64,000 bases of DNA from Glaucostegus cemiculus (lineage: Eukaryota), in contig CDPCPM010000598.1 in assembly GCA_976551045.1 (NCBI GenBank), positions 930,001 to 994,000 on the forward strand, read 5' to 3'. Every line of letters begins with the position of its first letter. The stretch's first letter is position 1. Made by a program: the position numbers and the translations under genes. The notes beneath the pieces are model-generated. The model saw only the letters and a program-made list of their open reading frames with translations. It was not told the origin of the DNA and made no database searches. This document shows positions 39,879-54,300 of this stretch, piece by piece.

Positions 39879-40033
39879 CAGAGGCCAACTGAGACATTGT
39901 GATCAAAACTGAATTTTTGCATGCAAGCCAATTTTCAATGTGAATTTAAGATTTGTATATGCAAGTGAAACTAATTATTAACTATTTGGTATAAAAAAAT
40001 TCGAATAACAAGACCTCATTGTTAAATGATACA
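39879..40033 (+). repeat. Source copy of a roughly 155-bp local duplication
   Basis: Near-identical to 41479-41631. Confidence 0.95.
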
Positions 40034-41478
40034 CAACAACTAACTACTCTACAGGTAGAAAGCTATTTAGTGCCTTTTTGCAATGTGTTTTAAAATTATT
40101 CCCACACTGACATGCACTCCTTTGACTCTCAGTGCTGCTGCATTTCCTGAGTAGAAAAGTGAAGTGGATGAATGCTACAGACATCTGCAAAAGAGATTGA
40201 CCTGGATTCAGTCCACTTCCAAGTCCAGTCCACTAGTGATTTCTGTCTTTTTCCCCAGACTAACTTCAGTTATTAATACATAGATTTTGATTGAGGAAAA
40301 TAAAAACAAAATGAAACTTGTAAGTTCTTCCACATGCCCCAACTGAGATAGAAAACTATTATTTAATACTTATTCTCCCTTTTATATGCAATTCTACATA
40401 CAAAACATGTTAATTAAACTCCATTTACTTTCATTGAGTTCTATTAATGTTATTTACATCTTATTTAAACACCTTATTTTCGCAGTCATCAAAAAAATAG
40501 ATTCAAGAGGACAAACAGAGGAAAAAAATACATAGTTAACTCAATACTTTGCAAGATGTCACAGCATTAGCACATGCACCAATGATATCCACTGACAAAC
40601 CAGCAATAACATACAGGTTTTAATTATATTAACAAGTCATCAATGTGGACTATTTGAATTTCAATTTTAAATCTCTTTGAAATTTGAGTATCTTATGCAT
40701 TTAGGACCAATACCAATTCCAGGTAACTTTGACTCAAAAAATAAGCTAAACCCAAACTTATTTGAACTACGTAACCAAAGTAAAAATGTTACCTGTGATT
40801 CTTTAGTTACTTGAGAATAGAATACACCAGTGCCAATACTTTCACCATAAGAAAAATGCCTGCAAACTGTTCCTATGTGTTGAAATGCTAGTATAGTAAT
40901 ACAATTATAGCTCATTAAAAGAAATGATGGCAAGTATTTGCTGAACAAAATTTGACAATTACGAGGGAAGGTGAAGATAAAACAAATCTGAAACCGGATT
41001 TGAAATAGAATACTAACTTGAACCGTAGTTAAGCTCAGATGGTGTTGGGGAATGAGAAGGAAACTATTGTTCCTGTACAGCAGCTACTATCGATCTCAAT
41101 AAAACTTGCTCAGAAACATTAAAGTGGTGTGGCTCCGTGATCTGGATTTCCTTTTTTCTTTCAAAGTGCATAATCAGGCACCTGCTATAGGATATTTCCT
41201 GTTCCAGCAGGAGTGAGTGCATCAGCAGGATATCCACCAATTAAATTGAAGAATTCTGAGACACTAAGTATTTTACTTAACTTTTAAAAATAGACTGAAT
41301 ATACAAGATTAAGCTGAAATAAAACAAACTTTAAAAATATAATTACTTTTAAAAGTATGTGACTTTTTACATCTATTCAAAATTAATTACACAGGGTTTT
41401 CAGCAATTTTTATGTAATAGATTAAGAACTCAGTCACATCTGATTTAACAGTAGTTTGAGTTAAGTTGACATTCATGT

Positions 41479-41631
41479 CAGAGGCCAACTGAGACATTGT
41501 GATCAAAACTGAATTTTTGCATGCAAGCCAATTTTCAATTTGAATTTAAGATTTGCATATGCAAGTGAAACTAATTATTAACTATTTGGTATAAAAAATT
41601 TGATGACAAGACCTCATTGTTAAATGATACA
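41479..41631 (+). repeat. Inserted copy of the roughly 155-bp local duplication
   Basis: Near-identical to 39879-40033; bracketed by a 36-bp direct repeat. Confidence 0.95.
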
Positions 41632-43532
41632 AAACACATTGAGTAGTTAGTTGTTGTATTTTACAAGTTGAGAACAGTAGTGTGAGATAAGTTGACATTC
41701 ATGTCAGATCACTGATTCTGTGTTAATGCCTCTGTGAAGAGCACAAGAAACGCATGTAATCTCAGGCAACTCTGCCGGTTTAAAAGATGGTCAACATAGA
41801 CATTTTCAGCCTTTGTTACAACCACAGATTTATGCTAAGATTCTAGGAGGTTGATCCAGCAGTCTGGACTCTGGGTAAATCTGTCAGATCACCACAGGGG
41901 AAATTTCTCATTTCTTGCATGCAAAGAGTTGACTTCCTGAATTGGACATTATTCACCAAAGACAATAAAGTAAAAGTGTTACTCTATGGAAAAAAAAACA
42001 CAAGATGAATAATCATGTCTAGGATATGTCTCACATTTCTTGGTTGATAAATCCTTTCAAATATAGCAGATACATTGCAAAGGGAAACACAAGATGTAGG
42101 AATTGGCCATAGAGTCTCTCAAGCAAGCACTGCCATTCAATATTATTATTACATTAATTCCACTTCCCTCTATTGTCTTAAAATAACTCTCTCAGTTCTA
42201 AAACCTATTAATCTCAGTCTTGAGCATGCCCATCAAATAATCAGACACTACCATGCGGGGAAGAGAAATCCAAAGATTCACAGCTCTCAAAGAGGAGTTC
42301 TCGAACCAACCCTTATCCTAAGGTGTGATTCTCTCGACTGAGACAGCTATCCCCAGACGTTCCTGTGGGAAGGACTTTTCAAAGTCAAAAAGGTTGGAGA
42401 GCAACTTTGTTTTGTCTGAATTCTGTCCAGTTTTATCCTTCCTTCTTGTGATCTTGTTACCATATTGTGATCTTGATGCAAGTGAGAAACTAGCTAAGCC
42501 ATTTCAGAAGACAGCTGGGATTCCATCACATTGCTGTGTGTGTATGTGTGTGTGCACACGTGCGCAATAACCACTTAGGCAAATTTGGTGACACTTGTAA
42601 CCCTGTGTTGCAGTCTAGCCAGGTTAGTAGCTCATTTTCATGTACACCTACTGCTGCCAGTTTGCCCCTCTACATTCCTCTTTTCTCTAACCTGCCCATT
42701 ATGTCATCGCTATTCATTTGCTAATGTACCTTACACTTCAAAACCTTTGGTTTGCATCAACAGTGAACATTTTTGAGATCATTTCTCTGTTCTTTTATCA
42801 TGAACCTCAGGTTTTCACTGCAATGAAATCAACTGCTGTATGAAATTCACTGCTGTATCAAGTGAACATCCACTTAAGGTGAATTTTCCCAAGTAATTAA
42901 GAGTGTAGCAATGTGTTTAAGAAGCCGAAATATATTTGTAGACATCTCTCTAAAATAAAGACAAACAAAAAAAAATGTGGGTGCTACAAGTTTCAAAGAA
43001 AGAAATAAAAAGTTGTAACATGCAGACAGTCAGGAAGCACTTTGGCACATAGTTTAGTAAAGGCAATTGGCATGTAATGTTAATTCCATCTCTCCTGCTC
43101 CAGACAGCAGTTTTTGCTTCTACTTATAATTGAAGTTTCATCACAGAGCACTTACTCTTTGATCAAAGAGTTTGTTGTTTATGAGCATGCAGCAATAAAA
43201 TGCAAGGTAGAAATAGAAAAAAAATTAAGAACAATCTATGAAGCTGTTAAAGCTTGGCTTTAAGATTTGTTCATTTCTCCTGTAGCTCAAAAATCTGCTT
43301 AGTACCGATTTGCGCAAACTTTTTGTCTGTTTAAAAATATAATTTAAAATATCAAGGATAATGATGTAAAACAATGAAAGCAAATAAATATGAGTACACC
43401 CTAAATTTCAATTCCTAAAGTAGTTTATCATCTTTCACTACTTACTTACTATTAGCAATTCACAACATTTTACAAAATGCTTCAGCTTTTCACAAAACTT
43501 CCCAAATACTTATATTAATAATAATTTCTTAC

Positions 43533-43617
43533 CCATCTGGCAAATCATTGTCAAACAAACGACTGCAATCTACCACAGGACCTCCACTGCCTATTCGATC
43601 CCTAGACTGAAGGCTCA
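43533..43617 (-). CDS. SMURF2: SMURF2 exon 6 (85 nt): VSLQSRDRIGSGGPVVDCSRLFDNDLPDG
   Basis: Acceptor tttattaacag, donor gtaaga; manual translation. Confidence 0.96.
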
Positions 43618-44211
43618 CTGTTAATAAATAAAGAATCCAGTTCAGTTAATTTATTCTTATAACATTTAAAAACTATGATAAATTACATGAATATTAAATA
43701 AAAAGGTAAACAAAGATTTTTCTTCTGGGTCCCCTGTGCAGAATGACAAAATACCTTGATCTAACAAAACCAATCAATCCAAATCTTGAAGACTTCAAGT
43801 CAGGCACAAATCACAGCATTTTAGGCGAGAGAATTTCTGATTTCTTTTCTCCTTGTATTAAAAAAAGTTTTCCCCATTTCATTTTTAAATGACTAGTATC
43901 TAATTTTCAGTTTATGCCCCATATTCCACATTTCCAAGGCAAAGGTCCAACAGTGTCCAGTTTTCAATTGTTACTAAACACTACTGGCCATTATCTCAGA
44001 TATTAAACAGCAGGGAAAAATAATTTTGCCTCTCTTCCTGAGAAACGCTTCTAACGGAGTAAGATTTTAAAAAGTCACTTAAGTTGACCACTCATCCAGT
44101 CCTGTGACTTTTATAAGAAAATAGAACAGTGCACAAAGTCTGTATTTTTGAGCTTTTAAAATTTGACCGCTATGTGCTCTTAAAAACAATAGCACTTTAT
44201 ATTTTACATAC

Positions 44212-44277
44212 CTACTATCTGCCCTCTTACTGTATCATTGTCATTAGGGCTCAGTTTGCATAGATCCAGCCTCTGGT
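44212..44277 (-). CDS. SMURF2: SMURF2 exon 5 (66 nt): YQRLDLCKLSPNDNDTVRGQIV
   Basis: Acceptor poly-T followed by acag, donor gtatgt; manual translation. Confidence 0.96.
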
Positions 44278-44599
44278 CTGTAAAAAAAAAATGAAAACAT
44301 TAGAAACAATTACATAAATTTCTAGTCAACAGAACTAGAAATAAAAATATTCTGTGTTGTCATGTCAGTCAAATTTCAAAGTTAACAGCATACAGATACT
44401 TTATAATGACCATGCTCGATCTGCAGTCTGATGAGTTTTAACAGACGACAAATAATAAAACACAATTGGTACACATTTCAATTGCTCATAAAATGCCACC
44501 AGGTCATTTTGTGTATAGGATGATTAGAAGTCTAAAATTTAGCAGATGGTATCATTAACTAAAAACCTTTTATTACAATATCATACAGTCACTATACTA

Positions 44600-45140
44600 A
44601 TGAATTTTGTCCTTACACCCATTTTAATGTACCTTCTGAATGATCTAGTTAATTCAATTTACAGGGAAGTCTAACATCTGGGCAACATACTTAAAGGCAG
44701 ATGTAAAGGCTTTGGAACTAGTAATAGAAGACATCAAACCGAATGATTTTAGGGATGAGATTCCTGTTGTGTGGAAAGACTAGAGAAGCTCCGAGTCTCC
44801 TCTAGTAAAGAAGGCTAAAGAAATTTGAAAGGAGTTATTTAAAATCATGTTAGGTTTTGAAGTAAATATAAACCATCTCCAGTTAAGGGTTATTAACCAT
44901 GGGAACAAGCAGAAGTCCTTTAAAATTCAATGAGATAAGATGTTAAATGTACCACTTGTATGAATAAAGGACACAGTTGCATAAGTTCCTTTCATAAAAG
45001 GGAAATGGATAAATAGTTGATCAAAAATAATTGTGGGGATATGGGTTAAGAGCAGGGTACTAGGACTAACTGAATTGCTCTTCAAAATATTCATCATAGG
45101 AACAAATGGCCTCCTCCTTTCCAAAGTGTATTGTTGTGCA
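44600..45140 (+). mobile_element. Highly decayed CR1 3' end
   Basis: tctggg.caacatacttaaagg.agatgtaaaggctttgga and downstream CR1-like motifs. Confidence 0.5.
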
Positions 45141-45359
45141 AGTCACAATCAGGGCTGTGAATCTATTACTGCAAAGAACTGGACTAAGCTTTAGGGCAGA
45201 TTTTCATCTGTTAAATTCTGTTCTCATTTTTTGTCAATTAAGTTATGTGGCAATAAACTGCAACATGGAAAGAGGGAAGGTTCAGAAAAGTTACTTCATA
45301 ACTTCATAAGTGTCATTATATTTAATTAAATCAATTACATAACTGCTGAAAGTTGAAGT

Positions 45360-45520
45360 ACAACACTTGCATTTTTATAGCCCCTGAGCCTCAGGTCATT
45401 CCAAAGAACTTTACAGGTAGCAACATACTTTTGAAGTGTAATTGTTATTCTAATGTTGGATATGCTGCAAATAATTTGTGCACAGTGAAGTCCTGAAAAT
45501 GTTGTGTAATAATGAAGAGC
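45360..45520 (-). mobile_element. Deu-domain SINE relic; related forward copies probably at about 39370-39580 and 56720-57020
   Basis: Reverse complement of gtgcacaaatt...acacttcaaaagta...gtaaagttctttgg...ctataaaaatgcaagt, resembling the DeuSINE 3' half. Confidence 0.55.
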
Positions 45521-46307
45521 ATGTAGGAGATGTACAAAGTGGCCTTGAGGTAATCAAGTTCTTTTTTTATTTTGTTCCTTCCATCCTACTGTCATATAGT
45601 CAAGATTACATGCTCTTTAGAACATTAAAGATGTGTTTTCACCCAGTCCTCTTTAATCCTGATGGCAAACTAACTTCAACAGCTAAGACAGGTACAACCT
45701 CAACCTGACAACTGCCGCCCTCAGATGTCATTTGACAATGCCTACATCAGTATAAGATGCTAACAACTTAGCAGGAGGAAACTAAATCTATTTTGTTCCA
45801 TTTATTCTTGCTGGATACTTGACTCAAGTATTTATTTTAAAGAAAATGCTTCAATGAGGCAGAGAACTTTAAGATAATGAGCATCAGAAAATAATATCAG
45901 AGGTGAGCAATTCACACTTTCACAATTTTCAACCTTCAATATGATGAAATTTCAGGTCAATATTTGTCCCAAGTTCTATTTAAATGGAAAATCAGTTTGC
46001 TGTTGCTCTTCAGTGTTTCCCAATTAAAACCAATTCCATTTGAGGGGCATTACTGAAAATCAAAATAAAACTGGAGATGTTAGAAACCTAAAATTAGAAA
46101 CAGAATACTGGAAACACTCAGCAGGTCAGGCAGCATCTGTGAAAAGAGATACAGAGTTAATTATTTCCTGTCGAAGACCCTTCATCAGAACTGAGAAACT
46201 GAGAAAACAAGTTCTGATGTCAAGAGAGGCAAGATGTTAGCAGAGATTAAAAAAGGCAAGTCTAAATTATCAAATTTAATCTTTGTCTTTCAACTGTTTA
46301 TACTCAC

Positions 46308-46441
46308 AACCAGTATCTTTAAGGCGATTTATGGCATTGGAAAGGAGTCGCACGCAGCCAAGAAAACCTGCACCCTGTTTTTTATGGATTTTCTTATGAT
46401 TCCAAACGCTGATAGTTATAGAATCTGACCTCCCAATATAT
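46308..46441 (-). CDS. SMURF2: SMURF2 exon 4 (134 nt), C2 domain: YIGRSDSITISVWNHKKIHKKQGAGFLGCVRLLSNAINRLKDTG
   Basis: Lies within ORF 46276..46479(-); acceptor ttgttccag, donor gtgagt. Confidence 0.97.
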
Positions 46442-48599
46442 CTGGAACAATACAAAAGTAGTAGAATCATATCAACCATTCATATAATATTTTACCTGTA
46501 TCATTCTAGTCAAATTTGACTTCAAAAAGAGAAGCAAACAAATGACTTCTCACCCTCTGTATTTTCCTGGTTTGCACTTTTTGGTTACAGCATGCCACAT
46601 GCCACCCAAAACAACAAGCAAATAACAAAGACACAGTCCTCTAGGGGAATAAAGAAATGCAGTATGCCATTTACACCCAAATCCTATTGCCACCATTCAA
46701 TGAGATCTTGGTTTATTATGATCCTAAATCGAAGCAAAGATCTGAATGACTTTCCTCTTTCAAGCATACAGAGGACAATTGCTACATTATCCAAGATCAA
46801 CTAACGTTGGAAACTGATTCAAATCTGGATCCTTTCCTCATTGCTTCGAAGCCTGGTTCGAATCTTTAGACTAGTAATAGAGTTCCCAACCTGTGTAAAT
46901 AATCGGTCTACCCATTCTGCCTTAATATCTAGGAAACTTCAATCATATCCCCCTTTGACCTTCCAATTTGGAAAAATAAAAAATTAAAGTGAAGAGTTTT
47001 TACTATAATTCACAATACCATTTCAATTCCTCACTTGAAATATTTATGGAATTGTATAACAGATGGAAGCAATTCAGCTCATTGCACTGGTGCTGACTCT
47101 TGAAGAGCTTTCACTAAGTCCAATTCCCTTGTCCTTTTTTCAGAGCATTTTAAATTATTTCTTTCAAATATCTATCAAATTCCCTTTTGAAAGTTGTATT
47201 AAAATTACATTTGCAGTTAATTATTTACAAGTTGACCGACACTTCAATTTTCTTGCATAATTGAATCTAATCCAGAAATAAGAGTCAGAATGATTTATTT
47301 TCCCCAGAAGCTGATAAAGTGAATAAAACCTAAACAATTGACAACACTTATGCAAATCTTAAGGTTAGATCACACACATCTATAACATTCTGCATTATCC
47401 AGTATACTTTACAATATATACAATCTGTGTGTGCATGCATTATAGATGTGCAGCAATGAGCAGTTAACGATGATTTTCAAGTTCAATCACAATTTTGAAA
47501 ATGTCAAAAAAATTAAGGTGCCCAAATCTGAATTAACACCTTGTTGCTCACTTAATTGAACACTTTCCTGAGGGTTGAATGGTGAAATAATAAGAATGAA
47601 GTCTGCAGAACTGAAAAAGAACTTCCAAGCTTCTTCCCACCCTTCTTCAAATCTCCCATGCAAAAAATGCTACATGTATCAGAACTGTTGTACAGATAGT
47701 GAAGAATATATGTTGTGTTGAATCATATTCACTTCCTAGAATGTGTATATCAGTGAAGTTCCACTCTAATTACATATCAAAAGCAGAGTCTTACAAATTC
47801 AGCAACATATTTTGTTCAATTCCTCCCACCATTCTTGCCATAGGGGAAACAGTATGGGTTCACTGTTAATATTGCCATTGTAGCAAAAGCTTTGCAACAC
47901 CACCATTTTGTTATTTTATAACAATTGGTCTTAGATAAAAATTCAGTGAAATATATCTCCATTTCTAAATCTGCAAATAGCAAGATAAACTACCAGTAAA
48001 TGAAAGATCATAGCAGGCTTCTCCTCCTCTGCAATAAAATGGCTTTCCAGGAAACATCAGCCAACTTTGGAAACTATGGTTTCAGATTCACTTAGCTTTA
48101 CATGCATTTTTACAATGGAAAAATGCAGACTGAAGAGTTTAAAAACAAGGATTCACAGGATCCTTTTCCACTTTCAAACAGTGGGTTATGTTACAATAAA
48201 CTGCCAACATCTTTTCCAATTTGGAATTGGTTAATAACACAACATTGATTATTCAATTTTTTCCCCATGCAAAACTACCAAAACAATTATGCTAAGGTGT
48301 GGTACTATGGACTTTCTCTTCTTAGCTGACAACCCTCCAATACATCTCTGAGCCTTAACTCAAAAATGGCAGTTTTTGGGCAACCAATGTCCTCATGCAT
48401 TAGTGGGGGAAATTTGGAAAAGGATTCCCAATTTCAGTGACCATTGGTGCAAAATGTATATGTTCAGAGAATGCATGAAGAAAAAACACAGGCTTTTCCT
48501 GATTTTTTTTTGTAAGGTTGAATTATCCATGGACACTTCACTTTAAGCTCCAAAATGATGAATACTTGAGTGAGGTACATAATGATTCTTGTAGCCAAG

Positions 48600-48810
48600 G
48601 AGAATTCAAGTTGTATACTTTATAAATTTAGTTTCCAATGTTTGGTTTGGCAATGGATGTTATTGAATGTGAAGTCAGGCTGTGTGCCACTGGTAAAAGA
48701 AAAGGATCCATCATTGGAAAGCCAGGTTTCTGCAAAACCCATAATGCCAAGTAAGATGATGAATAGTGCAGTTTGTTCATGAGAGAACAAACACTTTGAT
48801 AGCAAAGGAT
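48600..48810 (-). mobile_element. Decayed LINE AP-endonuclease fragment
   Basis: IMGFAETWL motif in ORF 48620..48805(-). Confidence 0.4.
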
Positions 48811-49954
48811 GAGGGGGAAGGATGCCACAGATTTGGGGTGTGTTGTGGAAGATAAAAAAAAATACTCACAAGAGCATGGATTGACAGGAGTACCACAGTG
48901 AACGTGATAGGCAGGAAAGGCACAAGACAGGAAAAGCAAGATCAATAGACTAACTGTTGGGAGTATACAATGGTAGACATACCAAATAATTATTGTTGGT
49001 TGCAGAGAGAATTAGGAAGAAAATGTAATAAAGAGAAATGTAATTGGGAATTTGCTCTGCAGGTGGGTCCAAGCTAGAAGGCCATGTGGAGGATAGAGCT
49101 GATAGTGTGTTAGTGGTAAAGGTATGGAAATGAATACAGATAAAACACAAGGAGTAAGCGCAGATCTATGGTTGGTAGCCATTGTGTGCATGATTATAGA
49201 GGCGTCTACATTACAATAGCAACAGCAGAATTTTAGGTCATATACCGTAACGCATCAGAATTTCTACAACTTTAATGAAAATTAATTGCACAATGCCAAC
49301 ATCAACAATGGAACATACCAGAGAGTATCAACTCCAATGTGGCAGAGAACAAATCACTATCAATCATTCCAGCCAAACTCATGTTTTATGAATAAAGGAC
49401 CTAGAAATGCAAATTAGGAGCAAGGACAGTAATAACAGTTGAGGAGTGAGACCTCTGTTACTTCACGTCCTCCTATTTACATTGACTTCAGGTAGATAAA
49501 GTACAATTAACAAGCCTTTTCAACCTTTCTCAGCTTGCACTGTCCCCACTTATGGCATTCCATCTCCCCGAATTATCGGAAAATTATCAGACATTCTTTT
49601 TGTCCTCTCAAGCTCTCCCTCTTCTTTGCAATTTGAAACTTGTTTGATTTCTATCTTCCTCGGTAATAGAGGTCATCATATTAAGATGTTGGCTATTTCT
49701 CTCTCCTTAGATGCTGCCTCATCTGCTGATCATTTCCTGGATTTTCTGTTTTTATTCCCAAAATATTTCATGTTTACATATGCTACAGGTATAGCTTTGT
49801 TTTTTATTTTTGAGGGACAAGTGATGTGTACCAGCTATTTCAATTATAGAACGAGTTGTTACATTTGGAGGATTACAAGATGGTTAACTGTTTATTATCA
49901 GTGGAGAAACATTTGCTTTCACAACATGTAGTATTCAATCAACAGGAACAGTGA

Positions 49955-51320
49955 AAAGACACTAGCTTGTTATAAAATCATTGCCAAGATCCTCTTCAAC
50001 CACCTCCTCCCAGTGGCTAAAGAGTTGCTCCCCCAAATCACAGTGTAGATTCTGTCTAGCTGGAGGCACAGTAGATGTGTCTTTTATCAAGTGTCATCTC
50101 CAAGAGAAAGGCAATGAACAGCACCAATGACCATTCTTAGCTTTTTGCGACTCACTAAAGCTTTTGTCTTCGTCAACCAGGAAGAACTCTGGAGCACTTT
50201 CCTCAAATTCATGCCCGTGTAGAAATTCAAGTCCATCTCATGTTTACTTTATGATGGCATGCAAGCCATTAACCTAACCAATGAATTTACAACAGAACCA
50301 AGCAAGAATCATACCCTTAGACCAAAAACTGGTGTAAAACAAGGCAGCATTATTGCCCCAACATATTTTTCAGTTTTCCTCAACACAATACTACATCTCA
50401 CCTTCAACAAACTTCCAAGGGACTACTGTTTATCCTACAGAGAAACTAGATCATCCAACCTCAGCAGTCAAGCAGAGGCATACAGATAATGCCTGCACTC
50501 AAGACCAAAATCTAAGCTGTACAACACCGCCTTCTGACAATAAAAGCCAAGATCCTGGACCACTTATCATATTTAGCGAAGGCAAACATAGATAATGAAA
50601 TTCACAACTGTCTTCAGTGTACCAACAAAGCCTTTGATTGATAAAAAAGTGTGTTTTTAAGATCAAAACCTCTGACCTGTCATGAACCTCAGTCTACTGG
50701 ATAGCAGTGATCATTGCCCTCACATATGCTTCTGAGCTTGGGTTACCTTAGACAGGGACCTCTAAGCACTGGAAGAATGCCACCAATACAAGATCCTCCA
50801 AATTCACTGCAAGAGTAAGCAAAGCAGCATCAGTCTCCTCTCACAGCACCAAGGACTGGTTACACTTACTCAGCTCCTTTGGGCAGGCCACATCACTCAC
50901 AAATCCAGCACCAGATTCCAAAACAGATATTCTCTTCCAAGCTCTGTCACAGGAAGAGATTACCAAACGGCCAGAGGAGAAAATTCAAGGAAATGATCAA
51001 AGTCTCCTTGAAAAAAAAATGCAATGTCCCCACTGACATTTGGGAATCTCTGCTATAAGGCCATACCAAATGAAGTAGGAGTCTTCAAGTTCACTTAGAG
51101 AAATTAGAATCCATGCTTCTGGAGCAGAAAGAAATTCTGCATAAGTGGTGAGAGAAGTGCACCATCTCACAAACTACTCAACCACCTGCTCTGCCAGGCA
51201 CCTCCTGCCCCAGCTGCAAAGGAGTCTGTGGTTTCCACCCTAGCTTCATTGATCACCTCAGAACCCACAAAACCAGAGTGGAAGTAAGTCATCTTCAATG
51301 CTGAGGGTGACTACCAAATA
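49955..51320 (+). mobile_element. RTE-clade LINE, decayed and 5'-truncated
   Basis: KIIAKILFNHLLPVAKELLP, LQEKGNEQHQ, TGVKQGSIIAPTYFSVFL, QLLWAGH and PKQIFSSKL-like motifs; C-terminal CxxC..HLRTH. Confidence 0.85.
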
Positions 51321-54300
51321 TGCTGACACCTCCACCCTGTGGGTTGAGCTTGAAAATGTGCAGTTGATTTGCTGATAAGAGGCACAAAAATGCAAGAAAA
51401 ACTATTACATGGAGTAATTTGCAAAATTCAGTGGGCATATGCATTTCAGAAGGTAAAAAAGACCTTGAACTACCTGCATTTAAACTTCTTTCAAAACATT
51501 TCAACCATGTCACTAGATGTCTGTGGAGTGTGCGACCTCAGTAACAGTATTTTTTCCCCACTGCAGCTCAATGCTCCAATTCAGGGATATGACTGGACTA
51601 GTTCACAGGCTCTGCTGCAGACTCAGATGATTTTAGAGTCTGGGATTGGGTAAGGAGACAGCAAGCTCTGGAAGTGACAAAGGGCAGATCACAAACCCCA
51701 AAGTGTTCAGACGACCCTGCCTAGTGCGGTAGAGGGCTGACATCGCAGAATTTGCAAACTTTGGTAGAGTCTTGAAGTTAGAAAGATACTGACTATCTAA
51801 TAAAGCAAACCAGAGCTAATTTCTATAAAACTGTTGATCGTTCTGTGCCTTCTATTTTTAACAAGCTTGGCTCTACATGAAAGTACAAGACTCAGCTGTT
51901 GTAAATCACTTTAATCAGAATGTGTTAAGAATTAATGCACTCTGTACAGAGTAAAAAAAAAAATAGGTAACCCTCAGAAAGCTGATTACAATAAATTCGT
52001 AGGAATCAGAGATTTAGCTGCAACACATCCAATCATCATCAGGATCAGTTTTTATTGTCACTACTATATACCCATTCAGTATGCACAGTGAAATACCGTA
52101 CTCCACAGATCAAGGTGCTCATCACATTAAAAATGAAAAACAATGAGAGACACAAAGACAGAAAGACACTAAAAACATTGGAACCACAAACTGTATTAGA
52201 AACTTTATTACAGACTTTATTACAAACACCTGGGAATGTGTCTTGTCTTTAATCACATTGCATTTTTCAGATTTGTACTTCTCTAGCAAATAAACTAAAG
52301 AAAAGTTTTGTTTTATGGTACTGATTACTTTCTGGTTAAATATAGCTTGATTGGAATTATACCTGCTTTGTTCTTCCATTCTTCCTAATGATACACCTAA
52401 AGCTGAATTATGGAAGAGAACCCTCTTTGGTATCAAACTGGATTTTCTCTATGCCAATTTAGTAGCACAGAGAACACATAGGTAATGCAGTTGACGCCAA
52501 GACAGAATGTGTTGCAACTGCCAACTCATTTTCCATTCAGCCAGCAGACAAAACAGAATTCCATCAATCAGTCTAGGCTACTTGGACTGAAATAGCAAAA
52601 ACTTGTAAAAATAATTAAAATATTAACTATAATGCGCTTTTAATGGAGAAAACATCCGGTTGCGTTTCATATAAATTAATTATTTTAAAAAGTGAAGGTG
52701 AGCAAAGGAAGTGACATTAAATTGCCAAAATGTGGGATTTCAGATGCTAACTTAAAAGAAGGGGATTAGGGAAAGAAAGAGTAATAAATGAATAGGCGAG
52801 CAGTTAAACAAGCAGCTGCCAAAGGGGTGAATGGACAAAAGGGTTCAGTTGGAGGAATGGAATGTTTAGCTCAGATGGGATGGTGAAGGAAGATTTATGA
52901 CTATAGAAGTTACCAAACTGGAATTAGCAACATTAAATAACTTTGACATGAGCATGAGAATTTTACATCTGTGCCATTAGGAAGTGGGAAAATTCAATGC
53001 AGTAAGGACAGGAGTGATAAGTAACAAAATGATAGGTCAAAAAAAGTGGCAATGGAGACAATGATGAGATTAAAGACATCCAAGACTCCAGGACTTAAAT
53101 GGTTTCCTGAGGGTATTGGTGATAGTAGTGAGGAAACTGTAATTGTTTTGGTCAAAACTCTTGATTCAGGAATTCCTTGGACTGGAAAATTGCCAAATTT
53201 ATTTGTCTTTGATTTAATTCTTTGATGAGCGAGAGCAAGAAAGAGACATATATATAACATGTTCAATTAGTGAGGAATTTAACTTATTAGGGAGTGACTG
53301 CTTCAGCAATTGGGCAGAGAAGACAAAGTTATTTCTAATCAAAGGTTACTGACATGGTGATTAATAAGTTCTCTAAACGTAGAAGTTATTTGTATTTCCA
53401 CAGCTACTCAGTGGGGGCCATAGAAAAGATAGGAGGGGAGAGAAAACAGAAGAAGTGAATGAAGGCAATCTTTTGATATAGTTAGTAATTAATGCCACTA
53501 GTTATGTTCTCCAGGAAAGTGAGGGAATCATGAAGCAGATCCAAGAGCAACATAGTGAATAAAAGTGCAGAATTATGAGTTTGAAAGTCAGTAGTTACGT
53601 GACTTGGGCAAACAGTTTGGAGGTAGAATCAATTGGTGAAAGGAAAAACATGATATGCAACAAAGAAATATTCAAAAATTCCCTTGCCATAAGAATAGAA
53701 AGACTGAGGAAGAACAAAGTTAAGGCATGGTCACAAATACAAGTACACATGAAGGAATAATATTAGAGAGAAGCAAATTTAGGGAGAGCCCCATGTGAGC
53801 CTAAATGAAGACTGCAGTTGCTAATGGAGTGTGATAGAGGGGAAAAAGGGGAGATAACTTAGTGAAAAGAGTTAAGGGAGCCTTGAAGGCAGCAGACAAA
53901 CAAGATTTTAAAGGAAAAGCAGGATTACAAGATGAGGTGCTTGAAGTATCAAAAGAGTATGGAAGAAGATATCACCACCCACAAATTAAGAACATCAATG
54001 CAATAATCCACAACAAGGTGGTAGTTGAAGGGGTCTTGCTTGATTCTGGACAGGAAAGATAAAATATGATGAAAGATTCTTAGGGCTGTGCCTCTGGGAA
54101 TGAGTAGAGCTGGAAGGAAGTTTCCTAGGTTAGGCCCAGTGAGCAGTGCACCTATTCAGCCAGGTACTTTTTACTTAAAATCAAATACTTGCATCTATTC
54201 TCTGGCATCAGATCTAAACGTTTCTGCTTATGCACCTTCAGCTTGTAAACATTAAGACAAAAATTTATTTCATCAAGTTGCCAAGATCAGACTTAGACAC

